DNA of 49,546 bases from a virus (lineage: Duplodnaviria > Caudoviricetes): the IMG/VR virus record IMGVR_UViG_3300036940_000315, positions 1 through 49,546 of that record; one strand, written 5' to 3'. The position numbers were made by a program, and so were the translations under genes. The number at the start of each line of letters is the position of its first letter. Position 1 is the stretch's first letter. This document shows positions 34,764 through 44,070 of this stretch, in pieces. The notes under the pieces are model-generated. The model searched no databases, was not told the origin of the DNA, and was given only the letters and a program-made list of their open reading frames with translations.

Positions 34764-34994
34764 TTAGGTGGACTTTATCACTCTTTCTTCTATTATGCGG
34801 ATTTTATCACCTTCATTCAAAATTTCATTATACCTTATCTCAGCATCCTCTATTGATTCAAAAACCCCATCTTCAAAAGTCATCCATTTTTTCCACGTTG
34901 TATCTTCAAAAAATTCCAATCGCCACCTAATAACTTCATGGATTGAACTGCTATTCTCGTCGATATTTTTATTGTTTTTTTCTTTATCACACAT
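34764..34994 (-). CDS. cassette-junction-spanning hypothetical protein
   Basis: AGGAG RBS inside the site loop; half-site translated as SSSIHEVIRW. Confidence 0.65.
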   Translation of the reverse strand: MCDKEKNNKNIDENSSSIHEVIRWRLEFFEDTTWKKWMTFEDGVFESIEDAEIRYNEILNEGDKIRIIEERVIKST

Positions 34995-35051
34995 TTTGAT
35001 TATCTCCTATTTATTGTTTTCATTATCACCGCAGTCACTCATGACTGCACA

Positions 35052-35399
35052 TTAGCCGAACTTATCTATATTTAATTCCAACCACATCCTATTATTTACA
35101 TCTATTTTTTGTGCTATTTTGTTTGCCATATATTCTCTATTATTTTTCTTATCAATAGGTATTTCACATTCAAAGCATAATTCACGAAGCACCTTTTTGT
35201 CTAAACCTTGTAATACTTTACTCCATTTAGTATGGTTTATCTGTAATCGTCGGCTAATACTAGATGGACTCGAACTGCTATGTTGATTTTCTATGATCTT
35301 ATCTTTACACAATTCTATACTTACATGATACCAGCATCCATCTTCCACACTATCCGTATTATATTTACAATCTTTATTTATGCATTTTTCATTACTCAT
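35052..35399 (-). CDS. cassette-junction-spanning hypothetical protein
   Basis: Cys-rich N-part + SSSSPSSISRR linker + C-part. Confidence 0.65.
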   Translation of the reverse strand: MSNEKCINKDCKYNTDSVEDGCWYHVSIELCKDKIIENQHSSSSPSSISRRLQINHTKWSKVLQGLDKKVLRELCFECEIPIDKKNNREYMANKIAQKIDVNNRMWLELNIDKFG

Positions 35400-35443
35400 T
35401 ATCTACATCTCTTTCTACAACCGCAGTCGGTCATCTTTGTTCA

Positions 35444-35806
35444 TTAGCCGAACAGTTCTTTTTCTATTGTTTTTATAAGTTTTTCAATTTTCGCATTGTG
35501 TTCATCCGCTCCGCAAGAACATTCATTTTCATCATAGTCGTCATTTGCACACCCATCTTCCGCTTTTGGGCAACTATACCACGAATCCACACAATAATAA
35601 TGTTCCCGCTTTGCTAATTTTGCTATTTCTTTTATAGCATCTATTGTTTGTCGGCTAATAACTGGATGCAACGATCCACTTGATTTTAGTGTATTGATAG
35701 CATCATTCATCGCTTTTACATATCCGTGATTGTAGGATGATTCGTTTTTATTCGGCATTTCGTGTTCTATTTTTAGTTTTTTGAATTTTCCTATTATTTT
35801 TTCCAT
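35444..35806 (-). CDS. cassette-junction-spanning hypothetical protein
   Basis: N-part + SSGSLHPVISR linker + Cys-rich C-part. Confidence 0.65.
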   Translation of the reverse strand: MEKIIGKFKKLKIEHEMPNKNESSYNHGYVKAMNDAINTLKSSGSLHPVISRQTIDAIKEIAKLAKREHYYCVDSWYSCPKAEDGCANDDYDENECSCGADEHNAKIEKLIKTIEKELFG

Positions 35807-35863
35807 GTTATTATTTCCTCTCTTTCGTTACGTGGTCACTGATCCATGATGCATTGATAGTCA

Positions 35864-36196
35864 CTATTCTTTCTCCCATTGAAGGCAACCAATTTCAGTT
35901 AATCTTAGATTTTCATCTGGAAACATAATGTCTATCTCTTTTCCGTGTTTATTACACATATTACCAATCTCTGCCATGCCAATCCACTCACGATATTTAC
36001 AATTGCTACAAGAGTGACTTTCAATAGTCGCCTGCACCGAACAATCATCCGTGGTTATTATATCAGAAATTGCTGCTGTAAAATTTTCTTGTGTTATTAC
36101 TTTTAATTTTCCTACCTCGGTTTCCGCTTCTAACGCATATTTTTCGAATAGTTCTTGTACATTCATATTTACCTCATTTTTTTTGTTTTCTTTCAT
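35864..36196 (-). CDS. cassette-junction-spanning hypothetical protein
   Basis: N-part + CSVQATIES linker + CSNCKY..C..C C-part. Confidence 0.6.
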   Translation of the reverse strand: MKENKKNEVNMNVQELFEKYALEAETEVGKLKVITQENFTAAISDIITTDDCSVQATIESHSCSNCKYREWIGMAEIGNMCNKHGKEIDIMFPDENLRLTEIGCLQWEKE

Positions 36197-36198
36197 CT

Positions 36199-36699
36199 TC
36201 AAATCTCTTTTTCAAATTTTAAATCTCCATGACATTTACAACAATAATATAACCTTGGATTTTTTTTCATTTTATTATGTTTTTTAATTGATAAGTAATG
36301 TTTTTGACAATTACATTTATAAACATATTTATAAACTCTTGTATCTGGAATATTTACTTTATCTTCTACTCTTTTAGGTGATGCTCCTAATTCAATCATT
36401 ATCATTTGCCAGGTTCTTCCATGACTTAAATTATTATATAATTGTTTATCAACTGCATGGGCGATTTCATGTAAACAAGTATTTTTAAAAATTTCTGGAT
36501 ATTTTTTAACATACCATAAATTTATTTTGATAACAAAAGTTTCTTCAATATTATTAAAAATACATTTACCTAAAGATCTTCCTTTTAAATTGGTATCTAA
36601 ATAAATTTTATTTGTATTAAATTTAGGAAAATGAGTTTTAGTTTTTTCTAAGTATTTTTGAAATGTTAAATGAACTTTAAATTTTTCTTCTGTTGTCAT
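36199..36699 (-). CDS. SprT-like zinc metalloprotease
   Basis: HEIAH, HGRTWQMIM..LG, YVYKCNC, CCKC. Confidence 0.9.
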   Translation of the reverse strand: MTTEEKFKVHLTFQKYLEKTKTHFPKFNTNKIYLDTNLKGRSLGKCIFNNIEETFVIKINLWYVKKYPEIFKNTCLHEIAHAVDKQLYNNLSHGRTWQMIMIELGASPKRVEDKVNIPDTRVYKYVYKCNCQKHYLSIKKHNKMKKNPRLYYCCKCHGDLKFEKEI

Positions 36700-36740
36700 A
36701 ATTTAAAACCTCCTTTTTAATTAACCTTATTTACATATAT

Positions 36741-36768
36741 AATATAAGGAATAAATATATAATATCAA
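36741..36768 (-). promoter_or_regulatory. sigma70-like promoter pointing into sprT and the cassette array
   Basis: AAAAGTTCT-TTGATA-N16-TATATT, followed by AGGAGG RBS. Confidence 0.7.
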
Positions 36769-36866
36769 AGAACTTTTTAATAAAATTTTAATTTTTTTTC
36801 TTTCATGTTAAAAAACTATAAAAAAATATTTATAATTGAAATTAAAATAAAAGGAATTAATATATA

Positions 36867-38795
36867 ATGAATAGTAAAAAGAATGTAAATTATTTAGGTA
36901 GAGATTATCAATCATTAAAATCAAATTTACAAACCTTTATAAAAAGTTATTATCCAAATCAATATCAAGATTTTTCAGAAGCATCTCCTGGTGAAATGAT
37001 GATTGAATTAGCATCTTATGTTGGAGACGTTCTTGGTTTTCATATGGATAAAAATTTACAAGAATTATTTTCATCAAATCCTAAACAAAGAAGAAACGCT
37101 ATTGAATTAGCAAAAAGATTAGGTTATAAACCTAAAGCGGCTGTCTCGTCAAATACAAATATTGATATTTATTTAACTGTTCCTGCTACTGGTAGTATAA
37201 ATCAAAAAGTTCCTAATCCTAATTATTTACCAATTATTAAAAAAGAAACAAAATTAAGATCTAATACAAATCCTTCTGTAATATTTGAATTAGTAGAAGA
37301 TTTAAATTTTAAAGTAGATTTAGGAGATTCAAAAATAGAAAAAACAATTGCAGAAGTTGATAATAATAATTTTCCAACAAAATTTTTATTAAAAAAATCT
37401 GTACCTGTTATATCCGGTGAAACTAAATCTTTTACAGTTTCTATAAATGAACCAGAAAAATATCTTTCAATTGAATTACCAAGTGATACAGTAAGTGAAA
37501 TTATTGAAGTAAAAGATGCCGATGATAATATTTGATATGAAGTGGATTCATTAGCACAAGATACAATATTTTTTGATGAAGAAAATTTATTACAAAATGA
37601 TCCAGAAAGTTCTAATGATACATCTACTGTACCATATAATTTAAAATTAAAAAGAGTACCAAAAAGATTTACAGTTAATATAAATGAAGATAATTTAACA
37701 TATATTAATTTTGGTTCTGGTGTTTCAAATTCTAATGATGAAGAATTAATACCAAATCCATCTAATGTTGGTTCACCTATTTTAAATTCAAGTAATAAAT
37801 ATGATTATGCTTTAGATCCTGAAAATTTTTTAAAAACAAAAACCTTTGGAGAAGCACCAGGTAATACTACATTAACAATTAAATATAGAAATAGCGGAGG
37901 TATAAAAACTAATGTACCTGCTAATTCAATTAATACAGTAAATAATGCAGTATTTACATGACCAATAAATGAAAATTTATTAAATTCAAATACAATTTCA
38001 GAAATTAAATCCAGTATTGCTTGTGATAATCCACAACCAGCAACTGGGGGTAAAGGAATTCAAACAAATAAAGAAATTGTTGAAATGTCATTTGCTGAAT
38101 TAAAATCTCAAAAAAGATGTATTACTAAAGAAGATTATATTGTAAGAACTTATTCATTACCTTCTAAATTTGGTAATATTGCAAAAGTATATATTGAAAA
38201 AGATGATATTGTAAAATCTCAATTATCAAATGAAACTCAAATAGCACAAGAAAATAATAATATTACAAGAAATCCATTTGGATTAAATTTATATGTATTA
38301 GCATACAATAACAATAATAATTTAATTAATGCTTCTACTGCATTAAAGAAAAATTTAAAAAATTATTTATCTCAGTATAGAATGTTAACCGATACAATAA
38401 ATATATTAGATGGAAATATTATTAATATAAAAGTAAATTTTGAAATTATAGTTAATAAAAATAAAAATAAAAATGAAGTATTATTAAAATGTATTAAAAA
38501 TTTACAAGATTATTTTAATATAAATAATTGAAATTTTAATCAACCAATTATATATTCTGATATTGCTAAAATATTAACAGATGTAAATGGAGTAAAATCA
38601 ATACCTATTGATTATGATATTAATTCTAATATGAGAAGAGGTATTTGAATTGAATGTCAATATAGTGGAAATTATTCAAATAAATATGTAGATATAAATG
38701 CTTTAACAAAAAATGGAATTATTTATCCGCCTAAAGAAATTAGTATATTTGAGGTGAAATTTCCAAAAACTGATATTGTAGGATATGCTTTATAA
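36867..38795 (+). CDS. baseplate wedge subunit (T4 gp6/baseplate J-like; TGA=Trp)
   Basis: YLGRDY..LK, DFSEASPG.M.IE..SYVGDVL.F, WYEVDSLAQD, INFGSG, GG, QKRCITKEDY; late motif at 36825-36840. Confidence 0.9.
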
Positions 38796-38851
38796 AAACT
38801 TTATTTTATTTCTTTTAATATTTTTATTATGTCTTTATTAACATTATTTTT

Positions 38852-39055
38852 TTATGCTAATCTTTTCCCTCAATCAATTGCTTCTTGAGGGCAAGCTGCT
38901 ATACATGCACCACAACTAACACATTCAGAATCGTCTATACATCCTGCTTTTCCATATAACATTTCAAGAGTATCTGTAGGACAAGTATCAATACAAATTT
39001 TACATCCATCGCATTTATCACGATCTACCACTATATTCATTGTATAATTTGACAA
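38852..39055 (-). CDS. 2[4Fe-4S] ferredoxin
   Basis: CDGCKICIDTCP and CVSCGACIAACP; AGGAGG RBS, TTG start; ends at 38870 if TGA is a stop. Confidence 0.9.
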
Positions 39056-39074
39056 AATAATCCTCCTTTTTTTA

Positions 39075-39410
39075 TTATTTTATTTCTTTCAATATTTTTG
39101 TTATATCTTTATCAACATTATCTTCAAATTGTTTAAAATATTTAATTACTATTTCATCAATGTTATTTTGAATTTCTTTTGCCATATTTGCTTGTTCTTG
39201 AAATTTATCTTTACCAAATTTTAAAGATTTTTTTATTTTTCAACCTCCAACATTTAAGTCAGAAGTAAATGATAAATTAACATGTATAGAATTATCTCCC
39301 ACCAATACATCCGCTCTATTATATTTTAATCCCATATACTTATTATTATATCCAGATTTTGCTTCAAACATTTTTCTTTTTAATAAATTAATATCTAAAT
39401 TATTTTTCAT
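39075..39410 (-). CDS. hypothetical protein (TGA=Trp)
   Basis: ATG39410 after late motif 39424-39439; one TGA (GGWK). Confidence 0.6.
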
Positions 39411-39452
39411 ACTAAATTATCCTTTCAATAATAAATATTTTTTATTAATTTT

Positions 39453-40265
39453 TTAATTTTCTTCTTCTATATCATTTTCATTATTATCTATTTGTTTACT
39501 TTCAAATTCCATAAAAGACCAATTTTTTAATTTTAAAGGAATCATATTAAAAATATTTTCAATTCTTAATACTATACCTTCTGCTGGTACTTCAAAATTA
39601 TTCATTTCACATTTAGAATCGTTTAAATTAAAATTATCATTTTTTTCTAATTTTTCAATAAATTTTAATGTCCAATTTTTATCATTAAAGTTTAAATTAA
39701 ATAAATTTTTTATTTTTCCATAATAATATAAAGGAGTATATTTTAAACCATATTTATTACAAAAATTTTCAATTGCTGGTCTATTTAATTCAGTAACTAA
39801 ACCATCTTCATTTGTAAATGTTATTTTATAAACATAAAATTCAGAAATTCCTGGTTCACATCCATAATGATAATTTTTTTGAATAAATTTATTATTAGAT
39901 AAATATCCAACAATTTCTCCATATAAAGTAAATCCTTTTGGAATAATATTTTTTAATTTATCAGCCCAGAGTTGCCAAATATTTTCTGAATAATAAGAAT
40001 TTTTATTAGGAAAAAATTTATTTTTTATAACTCGTCTGGATGAATATATACAATCATATTCTTTTTCTTGTATTTTAAAACCTAATTTTTTTAATATTTT
40101 TTCAAAAATATTTAATTTTCTTTTTACTAAAATATTACTAAACACTGCTGATGTATTGTGTATTAAAATGCCATTCGCAAAAAAATTATGAGTAGAATTT
40201 ATTGTTAAATCATATCTATCTTGTTTTAATATTTTTTTGATTGATTTTATTTTTGAATATTTCAT
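39453..40265 (-). CDS. split intein C-part + RNA ligase C-terminal part
   Basis: MKYSKIKSIKKI..RYDLTINSTHNFFANGILIHN|TS; then SRR, LYGEIVG, FYVY, PLYY.G, EGIVLR, LKLK. Confidence 0.9.
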   Translation of the reverse strand: MKYSKIKSIKKILKQDRYDLTINSTHNFFANGILIHNTSAVFSNILVKRKLNIFEKILKKLGFKIQEKEYDCIYSSRRVIKNKFFPNKNSYYSENIWQLWADKLKNIIPKGFTLYGEIVGYLSNNKFIQKNYHYGCEPGISEFYVYKITFTNEDGLVTELNRPAIENFCNKYGLKYTPLYYYGKIKNLFNLNFNDKNWTLKFIEKLEKNDNFNLNDSKCEMNNFEVPAEGIVLRIENIFNMIPLKLKNWSFMEFESKQIDNNENDIEEEN

Positions 40266-40320
40266 TTTATAAATCCTTTCATTTTATATATTAATATAAC
40301 ATTTTTTTAATAATAAACAA

Positions 40321-41430
40321 TTATTTTTTACAATATTCTAATATTTTTTTGATTGTATCATTTTTATTATTTTTTAATTCATTTTCTCAAATAACTAATA
40401 CTTCATAATTATTTTCTTTTGCAAAATTTATTTTTTGTTCATCTTTTTTTCATTTATTTTTTACTAATATCTCACCGTTCGAATTTGCTAATATTCTATC
40501 ATTTGATTTATAAAATTTAGGATTGCCATGTCAATAATCGCCATTTATCTCAATTATTTTATTCGAATTTTTTAAAAGTATATCATATGCATAATATCTA
40601 GTTTTATTTCTTTTTATTTTAAATTCAATAAAAAATTCAATATTATTATTTTTTAAAATATTAAATACTTGTTTATTTAAATTACTAATTATTCCTTGTC
40701 CTCTTACTGAATAACCATGTTTTCAATATTCTTTACCATATCTAGTAATTAACGTATTAATAATTTTTTCTTTAACTTCTTTTCTTTGAAAAACTGTAGT
40801 TATTCCTTCTTCTTCTAATAGTCGTTTTTGTCATTTTATTCTTGAAGGATGATTTTTACAAAAATTATGTTCTGCTCCATATATTTTTAAATTAGTTTTT
40901 CTTATTCTTTGTTTTACTTTTTCATTATTTAATGATTTTTTTATTGAAATATCAATATTTAATTCATTGAATAATTTATAAAAATTAGCAATTGAAAATG
41001 TTGTATATTCCTTTTGTAATTCCAATAAACTTCCTTTTTCATTATATAATTTTTCTAATTTATTTTTATTTAAATTATTTTCTGTTAAAAAATTATATTT
41101 ATTTTCACATCAAATATAATGTTTTTTTAATGCCGAAACAACTGGCTGTTTAATAAAAATTTTATTACAGTACTTACAAGTTGTTTTTGTACATTTAATT
41201 TTATATCTTCTTAAAATTGATTTAAAAAATGATTCATCAATTGGATATTTTTTTAATAAATTTTTTCATCCATTTTCATTATTTATTTCATTTTTTAATT
41301 TTTCAATTGATAAATTATATTTTTTAAAATATTGTTTTAAATTATTACAAAATTTAATTTGTTTTGAATTTATTAATCCATTTTTATTATAATGAGATGT
41401 TTTACAAAAATTACATATTTCATATTTCAT
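40321..41430 (-). CDS. free-standing Vsr/EDxHD-like homing endonuclease (TGA=Trp)
   Basis: YAYDI...IIEINGDYWHGNP...WKKDEQK...YEVLVIWE; T.L..YG repeats; late motif at 41460-41475. Confidence 0.85.
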
Positions 41431-41516
41431 ATAATTAATTCCTTATAAAAAATAATAATTTCAACAATAAATATTTCTATAAAGAAAAAATTACATAGAA
41501 TTGTGTAATTTTTTAA

Positions 41517-42419
41517 TTAGTCAAATAATAAAACATCATCTACTTTCAAATCTTTTACTTCTCTATAACAATTTAAATCTGGTAACCATACAGGATTATT
41601 TGATGTTATCTTTATTTTTTTACCATTTTCTAATTCGATTTCATACCATTCACCATGATTTTTCTTGAAATAATAATTATCAATTGGAACAAAAATAATT
41701 TCATTAGTATTTACATCAAATGCTTTTATTCTACAATCTAATTTATTATCAACTATTTCTTTTATAGTTTTATTACCATATTCTAAAGTTTCTATAATTG
41801 TATCTTCAGAAACACAACCATGAATTTTTTTTGAGATAGATATTATAGATTCTGGTGTTAACAAATGTAAATTTCTTTTTAAATGTTTTGTATCTGGATG
41901 TAAATGAAATTGTCCTTCTATTAATTTAAAAATATTTTTAAATTTATTTTTTTGTTTTCCTTGTCCAGTACCACCAGTTTTATTTTGTTTTACAATATAT
42001 TTTTCACATATTGGAATGCCATTTAATTCATCAAATTCATCACCTAATTTAGGTAAAGACTTTTCATTTGAAGCATAAATCAATGATTCGATTGGCATAA
42101 AAAGTCCTTCACTTTTATGTCCTTGAAATTTTTGTAGTCTTAGTCTTCCATTATCTTCAAAATAACCTTTTTTATTTACGTTAACATTCAATTTTTTATG
42201 TCTATATAAATTATTATTTGAAAGATAACTATTTGATAATTTACATTCTACTGGGAAAAATACCCCAATATCACCTATTTTTGCATTTTTTTGAACAATT
42301 ACATGAGAACCTAAAACAATAGCGCCGGCTATATTATCACAATTTTCTAAAGGGATAATATTATCTATTTTTGCAATAGTAGCACAATAATTTGGATTTT
42401 TTAGTTTTTTTAATTTCAT
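41517..42419 (-). CDS. RNA ligase N-terminal part + split intein N-part
   Basis: OB-like N-domain (I.NCDNI, GDIGVFF, SEGL), KKIHG|CVSEDTII..., intein block B-like ITSNNPVW, VKDLKVDD. Confidence 0.9.
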   Translation of the reverse strand: MKLKKLKNPNYCATIAKIDNIIPLENCDNIAGAIVLGSHVIVQKNAKIGDIGVFFPVECKLSNSYLSNNNLYRHKKLNVNVNKKGYFEDNGRLRLQKFQGHKSEGLFMPIESLIYASNEKSLPKLGDEFDELNGIPICEKYIVKQNKTGGTGQGKQKNKFKNIFKLIEGQFHLHPDTKHLKRNLHLLTPESIISISKKIHGCVSEDTIIETLEYGNKTIKEIVDNKLDCRIKAFDVNTNEIIFVPIDNYYFKKNHGEWYEIELENGKKIKITSNNPVWLPDLNCYREVKDLKVDDVLLFD

Positions 42420-42456
42420 TTTATTTTTTTCTTTAACTATTTTATTTTTAATTTAT

Positions 42457-42568
42457 AAAATAGGTAATAATTTAAGTATGCCTAACAACTGGACTTTCAC
42501 CGGGGTTTTTCGAGGTTATTGGTTTGCATACAATACTACTAACCTTTTTTCTTATTATTACCTATTTT
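42457..42568 (-). ncRNA. candidate structured RNA upstream of the RNA ligase gene
   Basis: Perfect 14-bp closing repeat AAAATAGGTAATAA/TTATTACCTATTTT, inner GTATGC/GCATAC stem, GC-richer core. Confidence 0.5.
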
Positions 42569-42574
42569 TATTTT

Positions 42575-43183
42575 CTAATTAATAATTTTATTCAAATCAT
42601 TACTTAATTTTGAAGATTTTAAATCAATAATAAATGCATTTCTAAATTTATATTGTTCAGCAAAATCCATTTCCAATATATCTATTCTTCTTTTAAATCG
42701 TCTATTCATTAAATCTTTTATAATATAAACTCCATTTTTAACTCCAGCATTTAATAATAATACTTTATCTCCAAATTTAAAAGGTCCGCCATATCTTGAA
42801 TGTAAATCTCTTGAAACGGCAATATATTTTAATTCATTAATTTTTTCTTTTATAATAAAAGTATTATCAGCAGTAATTAATGGTGAATTATCAGTTTGTG
42901 ATTCTTCTGCATTATACATAGTTACAGTAACATAAAATGTATAACGAGCATCTGATATTGCTTCTAAAAAATGTTTGTATTCATTTATTTGTAAACTATC
43001 TTTTTTAATTTTATTTGATAAAATTGTGTTTACATTTAATATAGAATCAACCATAGCAGTTCTTTCATCTATTAAAATTTGTTGTCTTTTCAATACATCT
43101 CGTTGGATTCCTAAAAGTCCAATAATACAAATCATTAATATAAATATCACTGTTATTCCATATTTATTCAACCATTTTAACAT
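42575..43183 (-). CDS. membrane-anchored 3D-domain (MltA-like) peptidoglycan hydrolase
   Basis: N-terminal TM; TVTMYN...QTD..P.ITAD, IAVSRDL, FGDKV, KDLMN.RF..RIDI. Confidence 0.85.
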   Translation of the reverse strand: MLKWLNKYGITVIFILMICIIGLLGIQRDVLKRQQILIDERTAMVDSILNVNTILSNKIKKDSLQINEYKHFLEAISDARYTFYVTVTMYNAEESQTDNSPLITADNTFIIKEKINELKYIAVSRDLHSRYGGPFKFGDKVLLLNAGVKNGVYIIKDLMNRRFKRRIDILEMDFAEQYKFRNAFIIDLKSSKLSNDLNKIIN

Positions 43184-43236
43184 ATTAATTCTCCTCTTTC
43201 ATTTTAATAAATTATAAATATATTTTTAATTAAAAT

Positions 43237-43446
43237 TTATCCTCAAACTAAATCCTTTGGATTTGTTGATTGAACAGTTCTACTTTTGCAATATAAAACA
43301 AAAACATTATTTTCATTTACATTAATTATTACTCCTTTTTCACAATCTGGATGATTGGCATTTCTTTTTGCATGAGGTGGAATATATGTTACTGGATCAA
43401 GATAAACATATTTTATATTTTTTATTTCTTTTCCATCTATTATCAT
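43237..43446 (-). CDS. hypothetical protein (probably ends ..DLVWG with TGA=Trp)
   Basis: GGAG RBS; GTT TGA GGA TAA at the end. Confidence 0.55.
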
Positions 43447-43806
43447 TTTGTTTCTCCTTTATATATTTTTGTTTTTATATTATCAATATCGAAACTTTCT
43501 GATACTGATGCAGAATGTAAATCATGTATTGCATCTTTATACCCGCGTACATATGATTCTATAATTAATTTAGTCATTTTATCTGATATTTGATTTGTAT
43601 TTTTTAATTCTTCCATTTTTTCCTCCCTTTTATAAATTAATTAATTCAATTGGTTTACAATATTTAATTCCATCCCAACCAACAACATATGTTTTTCTAG
43701 CAAAATCAAAGCAAAATGTTCCAATTGCTTTATAATCTACTTCTTTTATTTTTTCAATTCATATTTTTTCTAATGCTGTCATTTTAACTCCTTTATTTAA
43801 TTTTAT

Positions 43807-44070
43807 TTAAAATCTTTCTGCCGCTTTCCTATTCAAGAAAAAATGAATTCCAGTTGAACATTCTTTAATATTTTCATCATAATCTTCTATGAAAACAGTT
43901 TTTCCAACTTCATATATAAAATTACTATCCCAATTTGATATTCCAGTTTTATATTGTTTTGTTTTTTCAATATTTTCAATTTTCAAAACTTTTGCTTTGT
44001 TAGTTCTACATTTATCATGATTTTCACTTTGAAAAGTTTGATTTTTATCTAATTGTAATTCCGCAATTAA
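43807..44070 (-). pseudogene. DUF5758-like domain lacking a start codon, out of frame with the upstream repeat gene
   Basis: KCRTNKAKVL..., F.YEVG..V, D.....ECSTGIHFF..R..A. Confidence 0.65.

Larger units (their letters stand above)
32047..36046 (-). mobile_element. integron-like cassette array (~9 cassettes) with non-canonical attC-like sites
   Basis: Recurrent half-sites on the minus strand: xxxxTAATGA..CATGAGCGACTGC after stops and GCAGTTCG..TCCAT..TTATTAxxxx. Cassette ends are mutually complementary. GC is visibly higher than in the flanks. Confidence 0.75.

Noticed and set aside
32047-36046. Cassette repeats as simple terminators or REP elements
   Set aside because: Arms are split by coding sequence and lack U-tails. 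Their variable flanks match across each cassette rather than within each hairpin.
32291-36287. Plus-strand ORFs across the island
   Set aside because: Antisense shadows of minus-strand genes that have RBSs and recognisable motifs.
113-41430. TGA as Gly (code 25) or selenocysteine
   Set aside because: Contexts such as GDY-x-HGNP, Y-x-TARG and RK-x-G fit Trp, and TGA is far too frequent for Sec.
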